Under the pieces are notes generated by a model that was not told the origin of the DNA, did no database searches, and was given only the letters and a program-made list of their open reading frames with translations. This document shows, piece by piece, positions 54,233 through 64,000 of a DNA stretch of 64,000 bases. Each line of letters begins with the position of its first letter. Position 1 is the stretch's first letter. The position numbers and the translations under genes are program-made. Origin of the DNA: Tubiluchus corallicola (Eukaryota > Animalia > Priapulida); contig JAQGDQ010001056.1 of the NCBI GenBank assembly GCA_030141605.1, positions 1-64,000 of the forward strand, given 5' to 3'.

Positions 54233-54400
54233 GTACGCTGCGCGTTCAGACTACCGGGTTTTCTGTCGCGAAATTTGTCTCTGACAGCAAACTCGCCAAT
54301 GTGAACTGCATTGCTAGTTACTGTCTGCATCGAAAACGCTTGCGGGTTACTTGGCGAGTTAATTTGGGTGAGAAAACTCGCTAAGCTGAGCGCGGCGTTA
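54233..54400. mobile_element. Small Harbinger-like MITE
   Basis: GCTGCGCGTTCAGACTACCGGGTTTTCT versus AGAAAACTCGCTAAGCTGAGCGCGGC; related to 10364-10602. Confidence 0.6.
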
Positions 54401-54425
54401 TGATTATAGTTGTGCCTTAATTTAA

Positions 54426-54885
54426 CCCTTTCATACCCGTTGTATCCCGTGGGATACGAGAATATTTTCTGCCTTTAAAATTAATAAAATTTTAAAACTG
54501 ACAGTTATTTGATCTGTTAATAGTTATTTTGATTTAAGCCAATAACAATAGACTAAAAATGGTGATAAAATGGCAAACTAGAAAATCTACATAGCATAAA
54601 AAACTGCGCAAGGTACAGTACTTTAGAGACGACTTTGTACAGATCAGCATAGCATGCATACTAAATGTCTTCAATACTTTAAAAAATTATCAGGAGTTGC
54701 AAAATGAAGCACATTTTATGCTTCCATTGAATCCCAATGTATCCCGTGGGATACAGGCTATATTTAGCACGCGGGCACAGGTAGAAAAAAATAATTATTA
54801 TGTGTAAACAAGATGGACATTCTGAACAAAAGTACCGAGCCGAAAATTTTTTTCTTATTAAAAAAATAATTTGGGACTGAAAGGG
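54426..54885. mobile_element. piggyBac-like MITE
   Basis: TTAA|CCCTTTCA...TGAAAGGG|TTAA; subterminal palindrome TGTATCCCGTGGGATAC present twice. Confidence 0.9.
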
Positions 54886-55460
54886 TTAAGTCATAGTTAA
54901 GTCTATATCAAACTCTACAGCCGTGAGACATTATCACTCTTTTCACACACACGTTTAAAGCAAAACATTAATATTAGCAATTATAGGCAACTGCAACTTT
55001 TTATCAATGTATATTGTAAAAAAATCTAAACGTTTTTTAAGCTCTTTATATAATTTATAGACCGCTGAAGCAAAGCGTATGACACCAAAGTGTATGACAC
55101 ATTGTTAGACGTAATTGTTTATTTGTGTTTACGTCTCACTATAACTGCCTAAGGTGCACAGTAAAAACTTCGAAATTTCTTCGACTCTCCTGCACAAATT
55201 TATTGATTTGGGAGATCAAACTGTAGATAAATCCTAAACTCAACACCTTTCAGTACCCGACAGCCGACTATTCGCCTAGTGAATTTAGATCAGTCCCCCG
55301 AACTCTTCCTTAGCTCCATATATATATGTATATATATATGTGTATATATATGTATGTGTATATAGGTATGTATTAGATGTGACATATGTATAATATGTGA
55401 TTACATGTACTTTGTTTCCAATGAAATCAAGTATGGTTCAATTATGTCCATATCCAGATT

Positions 55461-55857
55461 CAAGGCCTATTTCAGCCTAGGCGAGGCCCGGGGAAGTGAG
55501 GCGTGCGAGGCCCCATCGGGGGGGGGGGGGGGCGCTACCATGCTTGGCGCCCAGAAATTTTTTGAACTGCTAGAACGCCGGAGAAGCATTTTCGAAGAGA
55601 AAATATGGAATTATACAGTCGTTAAAGGAAAGAACAATTGAAAGAAAAACTGCTTTATTCTCAAGACCAGTCCTTAATACTTGTCAATACTGGCAAACGG
55701 CACGCGTGCGGCAAGAGAGAGAGAGGGAGAGGGAGAGAGGAGGCAGCATGTTCGCATAAAGCAAAAAAAGTGTTACCTTGGCGCGAGGCCCCCCTGGAGC
55801 GTGAGGCCCCGAGGAAGTATCCCCACTTCCCCCCTCCCCCGCTTGAAATAGGCCCTG
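55461..55857. mobile_element. hAT-like MITE
   Basis: TIR CAAGGCCTATTTCA / TGAAATAGGCCCTG; flanks TCCAGATT / TCTAGGTT (6/8); subterminal GAGGCCC repeats. Confidence 0.85.
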
Positions 55858-56044
55858 TCTAGGTTAAGCAGTTATCAGTCCTAGAGGAAAAACGTAAAAG
55901 CATAATAACCAAATAGTTATAACACAACTTAACAATGCGCACATACGTTTATCACACATAGAGAGACAAAATGTACATTTATAGTAAAGGGTACATCACA
56001 GCTTGTATAAAAAGAAACTGTTTACAATATAAAAACAATGGTGA

Positions 56045-56665
56045 TTTTTCTCCTTCAAAGTCTCATTCCATCTAATGTAGGCATTGGGATATCAACATTT
56101 ATCAGAGTATTCCACCCCTTTTATCTGCAGCTAACAGCATAAGTTCTTCTACTCGTAAAAATAGATTTGGTTGAAGTTGTTGAACATCTTTGAGGCTGTT
56201 TTACTGGTACTTCACTTGGTAATCTTAGAAGATGTCCTAGCCATTTTAATCTTCGGATCTTGACTTTTGAACTCCAATAAATTTCTTTCGTTTGGGTGTA
56301 TAAATCTTCATTTTTGATTATGTATGGCCATCTCATCTTTAAAATTTTCCTAAGAATACTTCTATGAAATGTGTTATTCTGCTTTTCTTGAGTAATCGTT
56401 AAACCCCAAGTTTCACAGTTGTGCATAAATATGCTGGTAACATAAGCATTAACTAATCGAAGTCTTCTGCTAAGACTTAATTTCTTTTTTTTAAATACAT
56501 TCTTGCATTAAATAAAATCATGCATTGCTTGTTGCTTTCTACTTTTGATATCATCTTCGGTGCTTAGCAAAGTGCCCATGTACTTGCACTTTTTCCAAGA
56601 CTGATTACCATAAGCCTTGCAATAATATGTTTTTCTGTTTTTGACTGGTTTACTTGAAGATTATT
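56045..56665 (-). mobile_element. Degraded RTE-clade LINE 3' fragment
   Basis: ORF 56121-56426: NCETWGLT...TFHRSILRKILKMRWP...KIRRLKWLGHLLRLP, a typical RTE post-RT region. Confidence 0.92.
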
Positions 56666-56786
56666 GTTTTAATATTAGATTAACTATTATTTTAAAGGCA
56701 TATTAGAGGGTTCCAAGAGGGTTCGCAAAGAAAATTACGTTTATTATATTCCTACTCTCTGGGCTAGTCACTGATTCGAAAGTAGA

Positions 56787-56920
56787 TGATACTGCTTTTT
56801 TATCATTTTGCATTTATTCTCCCTTGCAAAAACAATAAACGTATGTAAATTAGGTGATACTGCCTTTTATATCATTTTGCATTTATTCTTTCCCACAAGA
56901 GTAATAAACGTATGTAAATT
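56787..56920. repeat. ~68-bp tandem duplication
   Basis: TGATACTGC..TATCATTTTGCATTTATTCT..AATAAACGTATGTAAATT x2. Confidence 0.85.
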
Positions 56921-57775
56921 CATCTAAAATGTGACAGTTCATTTGCCAGAATTTTGTAGAAACGGTCTACTTTATTATTGAAAGTAAATATGCGTGTGAG
57001 CGAGAGAGGTGCTCAGTGCGTGCGTGCGTGAAGCTGCGGGTGACTGAGTGACTGAATGAGTACGCGAATAAATGCACTGTTCGGAGATCTCACTAAAGAC
57101 AGCATCGCCCTCATCTGTTTAAGTCGAATTTACAAATAAGTTTCTAACATCTTCGCCTGTCATTGAAGTAATGGATGCATGTGACAAAAATCAAGTTATT
57201 CTGCATACCAAAATGTCTACCAACAATTACAGATGTTTGCGCCAATTTTCGGCAACGCGTTGAAGACTGGAGGCCTAGATTTTGATACAGAAAAAGCTAC
57301 AGCATCAGCAACAGATGCAACCTAACATCATCAATCACTCGTCAGAGATCGGCAAACGGTTTTAGCATCTAAATCCGTAAGAAACATGCCGCAAGGATGG
57401 AGATGTTTTGTTCCACAAGATTTTAACAACTAAAAAAAGCTACGAAGACGCTAATTGTTGTCTTGAACTAGCTGTATACGTGTACCTAGTTTCTTGTTAT
57501 TTTTGTTATGGGCTAGAAGTTTTACAATTTTCAATAATAAGTTTGCAGATGTTTAGAATTTAAGTATTCGACTCAGGGTGCCAACTCCAAGATGGCATGG
57601 CGGTCGTGATATTCTGCATCATGAAGATGCATTTTTGTATCGTGTGTAATATGTATAATTAATTTGTATAATTAATAATTTTGTATAATTGATTACTTAA
57701 CTACAAATGTTAATTTTAATTATAAATGTTATGCTAATTAATTAAACTAATGTCTGTGAACTAATAGCATATATC

Positions 57776-58061
57776 TGTTATAGCGTGTCATTTAACTCTC
57801 ACAAAATAAGACACAAAAATTACACTGTACGGAGTTGATTACCAGCACTAATAAAAATAGGGAAACAAAATACACATGCACAAAAAAATAGCAAACTAAG
57901 TACGCCCGAGTTCCTGTGTCAGAAATCAGGGCTGTGGTGACCTCTACGTGTAGGCCCAAACAAGACGTCTGAACCTACAAGAAAGGGGTGAGTCGCTGCT
58001 GACGTGGAAGCAGGGCGTGTAGAGGACCCTACACCTGACCCGACACAGATACCTCGTAACA
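57776..58061. mobile_element. Possible solo LTR (286 bp) with an internal GC-rich imperfect hairpin
   Basis: ATATc|TGTTA...TCGTAACA|ATAT; termini, size and target resemble 37864-38156. Confidence 0.5.
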
Positions 58062-58065
58062 ATAT

Positions 58066-58325
58066 GTTGATAATGACGATGACGATGATGAGAAGGATGA
58101 TGACGATGATAACGATGATGATGATGATGATGATGATGACGATGACGTTAATGACGATGACGATGATGATGATGACAATGACGAGCAGGAGGAGGAGGAG
58201 CAGGAGGAAGAGGAGGATGGCGACGACGAAGAGGAGGCAGAGGAAAAGGGAGAGGAGGAGGATGATGAGCAGGAGGAGGAGGAGGGTGACGATTATGACG
58301 ATGATGATGGCGATGATGATGACAG
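58066..58325. repeat. (GAT/GAC/GAG)n compound microsatellite
   Basis: Directly visible. Confidence 0.95.
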
Positions 58326-58787
58326 TTGCTTAAAGTTGCTTCAGTAACTGGAACTATATAACCAAAATTCCACACACGATTAGTGGTAGGCTCTTTTCAG
58401 CAGTTTCGACACCCTGCAAAAACTGCACAGGCTTCTGATTTCAGCATTTACACTTTGTGCACATGCTTCTGCGAGGTCGACCGTAACTGTTCTCTTGTTA
58501 GTGTTTACTTTACAGCTAAGCAGGAATATCTGTTCGCTAATTTCATGATTTAGAGAAAGTGGTGTCATCTACAGTCTGATATTAAAATATTTATTTTCGT
58601 TTTTTTGATTGCGTGTTATCTTTCTAATTCGTCTATTTATAGGAGTTAGAAATTTCATGATTAAATGGATCCTTGAAGAACTACGTGTTTGGAAAGCAGA
58701 AGTGGCCAGTGTCTGCTACATAAATTACTACCAGACTTCAACTTCACGGTAGGAAGCATCTTATTTTCACAATAAGCGACTTTTGTG

Positions 58788-59114
58788 ATGTGGATTAAGC
58801 GCATTTCTGCATTGTTAGTGTTGACGATTGGCTTCTGCCAAAGTCAGTGCCCAGCACGATGCAGCTGTGGTCAAAGAGACCCCATTGTTGTAGAATGCAG
58901 GCAAGCTGGACTAAGACAAATGCCATCTACTAGTGAGCTTCCGCCACTGACGTCAACGTTGGTGCTGATTGCAAATGAGATACCCGTGATTCAAAGTGAC
59001 GCTCTAAGAGGCATGAGTCACCTGAAGAAGGTGAAGATATTTAATAGTGGTGTGACGACCATAGAACCCTATGCTTTTAGGGGCTTGGGCAGACTAAGTG
59101 AACTACAAATGCAG
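58788..59114 (+). CDS. Extracellular LRR protein, coding exon 1: signal peptide, LRRNT and first LRRs
   Basis: MWIKRISALLVLTIGFCQS signal; CPARCSC...VVECRQAGLRQMP LRRNT cap; LxLxxNxIxxIxxxAL/F repeats; donor CAG|GTATGA; likely acceptor TTTATAG at 58642, implying a spliced 5' UTR. Confidence 0.93.
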
Positions 59115-59470
59115 GTATGAAAAGTCCGACTGGTATGTTGCCTTTTAATACTGTCAATGTCACGGATGAGCTTGTTCAATTACTATTTAGCAATTAATTA
59201 ATTAATCTTACTTAATTAATGCTCAGTTGGCTAAAATCGTTGTTTAAATGGTTGTGTGCACGTCAATTTCCAGGTTGACGATTTTAAACGAACTTTTGAT
59301 TCGTTTATAAGACCAAAAAGCTATAACACTTCTGGCAGAAGATTCTTAATGAAAAGAAGACCATATGGAAATCATTTTTTTGTAAATGACTAAACGTAAT
59401 GAATAGAACGGTCAAAATATTAGTTAGAAAATGCTGACGATGCTAAATGTAGTTGTTGTTCATTTCGAAG

Positions 59471-59615
59471 GGGAATAGCATTCGAATACTTGGAACGCAT
59501 TCCATGGCCGAGCTAAAGGGCAAACTAGACGTCCATTTAGAAAATAACAGCATTGAGGTGATTCAATCGTACGCTTTTGATGGCAGCCACATTGATCGTC
59601 TGTACCTCTCTTCAA
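59471..59615 (+). CDS. LRR protein coding exon 2 (absent from the ORF track)
   Basis: tttcgaAG|GNSIRILGTHSMAELKGKLDVHLENNSIEVIQSYAFDGSHIDRLYLSS|GTAAGT; phase 0 in, phase 1 out. Confidence 0.92.
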
Positions 59616-60519
59616 GTAAGTGAGCCTAGAATGGCTATTTTTTCATAAATCAAAGCTGGAAGTGACTGGGTGTTGCCTTATGTCATGAGTCAATTTAGTC
59701 ACCATTCTGTGATGAGTCACTTACAGGATGAATCCCATGTGGGATGTAAGCAACCAGGTAAATCCTGCTCGAGTGAAACGTATAAACCTCTATTATCAAA
59801 CAGGTTTTCAATACTCGTTGAGGTAGAATGATTCGTTCATAAACAGTTCGCAGTTTTTTGCATCATTTTCACCTTCAGCAAATTGTGTGTGTGTACTCAC
59901 AGAAATCATCATTTATCATCATTCTTATCATCATTGATCAATCATAACTTCAATTTAGATTTAGAATTAGATTTTTTCTCACAAATAGCAAGGCACATTC
60001 AAACATACGAAACTATAATTACAAAATGGCATACCAAAAAAACTAATTGCATGCAATAGATGCTTTAAGGTGTGCTGAAAGACAATCTTGTAAGCACAAC
60101 ATTTATAGTGAAAAATGGTTAGGCAAGACAAGGCAGGGTATAAAATTAGGGTGTATATAGAAAAGAGTGCGATTAGAGGTGCAGTTTAGTCAAGTGAGAT
60201 AACTTGCTTTGGTCATTGTTATCATCAATACACGAGACAATAGTTCCGTGTGCATTGGGCAACACACATTTCCTTTCCTTTTACATTATTCATTATACAC
60301 AAAACGATAATGATTGTTAAAATCACAATAGTGCATATTACTTTAGTGCTTACATATACAAATAAAGCTGTTACGTATAAATTTTTATAATTGCGCGCTT
60401 TCTTACAAGTAAATAGTACAAATAGCCCAATGTAGAGAACAAATTCAAACCACCAAGAGAATTAGTTCTGCGAGGATGTGGCTTATTGTAGTGCTAGTGG
60501 GCAGCTGGTGCGAACCGTG

Positions 60520-61350
60520 TTAGGCTTTGTCACGGGAACATTCGGGTCACATGTACATTCCACAGGTCACAGTGTCACAGGTCACAACCTGGGCTGGCTT
60601 CGGTCTTGTCACGGGAATATTTGGGTCACATGTACATTCCACAGGTCACAGTGTCACAGGTAACAACCTGGGTCGGATTGGGCCTTGTCACGGGGATATT
60701 CGGGTCACTTGTATATTCCACAGGCTGCAGTCACAGGCCACAACCTGGGCCGGATTACGCGTTGTGATGGGAACATTCAGGTCACTTGTATATTCCACAG
60801 GTCAAAGTCACAGGTCACAACTGCTTCAGATTGACCTTGTCATAGGAACATTCAGGTCACTTGCATATTTCACAGGTCACAGTGTCACAGGTTATAACCT
60901 AGGCCAGATTGGGCGTTGTCACGGGGACATTCGGGTCGCTTGTATATTCCACAGGTCACAGGTCACAACCTAGGCCAGATTGGGCGTTGTCACGGGGACA
61001 TTCGGGTCGCTTGTATATTCCACAGGTCACAGTGTCACAGGTCACAACCTAGGCCAGATTGGGCGTTGTCACGGGGACATTCGGGTCGCTTGTATATTCC
61101 ACAGGTCAAAGTCACAGGTCACAACTGCTTCAGATTGGCCTTGTCATAGGAACATTCAGGTCAGTTGTATATTCCACAGGTCACTGTGTTACAGGTCACA
61201 ACCTGGGCCGGATTGGGCGTTGTCCCGGGAAAAACTTGGGTCACTTGCATATTTCACAGGTCACAGTGTCACAGGTCACAACCTGGGCTGGGTTGGGCGT
61301 TGTCACTGGAACATTCAGGTCACGTGTATATTCCACAGGTCACAACCTAT
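60520..61350. repeat. ~79-bp minisatellite (~11 copies) with nested GTCACAG heptamers, inside an intron
   Basis: Unit TTGGGCGTTGTCACGGGGACATTCGGGTCGCTTGTATATTCCACAGGTCACAGTGTCACAGGTCACAACCTAGGCCAGA. Confidence 0.95.
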
Positions 61351-61545
61351 TCAAATTGAATAGAGTAACTCCTGTCGTCCATTTACAGATGAGCGATAAA
61401 ATAGAAAACGTTTAGTATAACTAATGATATTTGCGACACGAGCTTGAATGTTCTTCCAGCTTTATAAAATCAATTAGTTTACAGCTAACTAGTAATTAAT
61501 AATAATTAAACAATCAGTAATTAAGTTGTTAATTGAATATTTCAG

Positions 61546-61736
61546 GCAACAAGATAACAACGATTCAAAAATATGCTTTTGCTAATTTGAGAGTGAAGTA
61601 TTTAGATATGACGTTGCCACACTTGAAGAACTTGGAATCATTGTCCTTTTACCAGATGAACAACGTTGAACGCTTCAGTTTGAATGATTTAGATATAGAT
61701 GTTCTACCAACTAACACATTCCACAGCATATATAGG
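61546..61736 (+). CDS. LRR protein coding exon 3
   Basis: tttcAG|(S)NKITTIQKYAFANLRVKYLDM...DVLPTNTFHSIYR|GTAATG; 191 nt, phase 1 in and 0 out, matching its neighbours. Confidence 0.92.
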
Positions 61737-62172
61737 GTAATGTAAAACTTTGGGTGATAATTCAGGCGATGTTCTTCTTAAGCGTAAGCTAAAGTCAGAT
61801 TTCTCGTGTAGTAGAGCTTATTATAATAATTTGAGAAAATATTAAAAAGCTTTAACAGTAAAATCGTGATATTTTACTCGTCTAATTAGTAAAATCAATT
61901 TAAAGTCGGGATGATTCGTGCTTGGACTCTCCCACTTTGAACAAAATTATCGTCATCCGGTTAAAATATGAACAAATATCGTGCCAGGTGCTTAAGCAAA
62001 ATTTTTGCAGTTTTAGTTACTACTGTATTATCGACTGCAAGCAATATAACACGCTAAACAAAAGATTGTTAATACTATTTATGATGAATCCCATTATTCA
62101 CTATGTCACCAAAACCAGCTACCGACGATAATAGTAACTTCCAACTCGGCAGTAACAGAAGAATTATTTTAA

Positions 62173-62780
62173 CCCTTATAGGGTCACCGGGGGGTAAAAA
62201 ATTACCCCCAGACCGGTTTTTTGCATTTTAGCCTTTTACCATACGCATCCCAGTAAACCTTTCCTATGACTTTTTCTAAATATGTTTTGTGCACAAAATA
62301 CTTTCAGTTATTTATTCTAGGCGCATTGTCTCACCACGAAATAAAAGTGAATATGCAATATGTCGATTTTTTAACATTGTCGAAACTTTACTTCGCTTGT
62401 CTATACATTATTGTTTTGTGGCCATGTCAGTTGCTCAAATTACTCCACCTAAAAGAAGTATGTAGTAGACAATAAATTCAAAATAACAATGATTTTTGCA
62501 CACGCGCTAGCAATGTCGGTTGTCTACAGTTATTCCAGCATAGATAAGGGAACGTAACTAAGTGAATTTAAATTTCGTATTACTAGTAAGTCACATGTCT
62601 TTAAGCAGAGGTATAATGTATCCTATGGTGGTCAGCATAACCACAAATTATGCTGTTGCTGTTTACTAATGAAACACGGCGGTTTATCAAAAGTAATTTA
62701 CGAATTGTGGTGGGGGTAATTTTTTACCGCCCCCCCCCGGTTACCAAAATCGGTTGTAAAAAATCGTGACCCTATAAGGG
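62173..62780. mobile_element. piggyBac-like MITE in an intron
   Basis: TTAA|CCCTTATAGGGTCAC...GTGACCCTATAAGGG|TTAA: perfect 15-bp TIR; subterminal GGGGTAAAAAATTACCCC inverted repeat. Confidence 0.92.
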
Positions 62781-63575
62781 TTAACAAGCTAAAATTGACG
62801 TCTATAAGCTAAGAACCTGGGCGGTATTTACTTTATGTTCGCAGCTTCGCAGAATTCCATTCTCATCTGAAATTATATTATAGGTAGTACTTACGAAATT
62901 TATTGTATAACACTGTGGAGTTAAGCTATGTAAGCATTTTAAAGTTGTTGCTGATTGATGCGACGACAATTTTTTTCAAAAATACGCTTAAACACAAAGA
63001 TTTAATCAGTTAGAATAACAGCATTTCTGAGTGAACTTCAGAAGCTTTGTTATGCGTGCCTTCGTGCTGTCCACCAGTTTACGTCATTTTTTAAACATGT
63101 CCGCATAGAGGTTCTCTTGGCAGGAGATGCGAATGATTTAAATTTCCTTTGTATTTTTAAGCAATGCATTTTATGTGGATATATTATTCGGTAATTTCAA
63201 TATTTTTCAAGTGTATATTAAAATACAATGAATATTGTTCGAGCGTTGTTCTTCCCTATAAACGCAAAGCTATCACTGGTGGTGAACTTTTGGAAGGGTA
63301 CAACCTACAGTTACTACACGTAGTAGGCTGACTAGACGTCTGGCTAGTATGAGATCTTGCAAAAGCTAACGTTCAATCGATAATGATTCTATATGCATTC
63401 TGTGAAGTATTTATTACCAAAACTCTAAACTGTAAGAAAGATCATTAAATTAGATTGTGTAATAGTTTTAAAATACGCTGCCTCAAATAAAGGAAACCTA
63501 CAAACGAAAATCGTATTTAAATAATTGTGTCGTTTAGAAATGCTCTTAGTAAATGAGTTTAATTTTATATTTCAG

Positions 63576-63719
63576 ATAAACAAGTTATTTATTTTGGACG
63601 GCAACATTGGCATCATACAACCAAGAACTTTTGAAAATGCCAGTATCATAACAAATTTTAAATTCAGCAATATGACCATAGGAACTCTCTCCACAGATTC
63701 GTTCTACAACATCAGTCAG
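63576..63719 (+). CDS. LRR protein coding exon 4 (gene continues beyond the window)
   Basis: tttcAG|INKLFILDGNIGIIQPRTFENASIITNFKFSNMTIGTLSTDSFYNISQ|GTAAAA; 144 nt, phase 0/0. Confidence 0.9.
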
Positions 63720-64000
63720 GTAAAAGTGAAATTAGTTTTCTAATCTGGTTTACCAAACCTCACCAACAATATCTACTACTAGTAGTAGCTACTAATATAC
63801 TGGTAGCTAAGGTTATGACTTAATACCTATGGAGTAGTAGTATGGTGGTATTTATTCAGACCTTTAGCTTATCTAATAAGAAGAATATGGCGTGCTAAAG
63901 GTGTAATTCAAAGATAACAATCAGTTTAGAGTTTCACCTAACTGAATAAATGGCTGTTTAAACTTAATAAAAGGTTTTTATAGTTAAAAACAGCACAACT

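Noticed and set aside
57985-58020. HDV-like L3 motif on minus (GCT-TCCACGTC-AGC)
   Set aside because: The loop is 8 nt, there is no upstream P1 partner and no GG for P1.1.
60478-61415. Overlapping repetitive ORFs within the LRR gene
   Set aside because: They come from the 79-bp minisatellite; exons 2 and 3 join in phase without them.

Overview
AT-rich, intron-containing eukaryotic genomic DNA that looks like an invertebrate animal genome; it is not prokaryotic. Genes: four coding exons of a signal-peptide LRRNT+LRR protein gene on + (58788-63719, continuing past the window) and a probable first coding exon of an unknown, mostly disordered protein on - (20152-20897). The rest is repeat-dense: several non-autonomous DNA-transposon (MITE) families with Kolobok-like and piggyBac-like TTAA, hAT-like 8-bp and Harbinger-like TAA target duplications, RTE-clade and other LINE remnants, short solo LTRs, three minisatellite arrays, a near-perfect palindrome of more than 1 kb and many compound microsatellites. 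Most ORFs in the supplied track are repeat artefacts. Best find: a near-complete HDV-like self-cleaving ribozyme fold (26052-26230, +) with a large structured J1/2 insert. It sits head-to-head against the start of an RTE-like ORF on -, with the junction at the predicted cleavage site. All calls were made by eye, and repeat boundaries are approximate unless a TSD is quoted.
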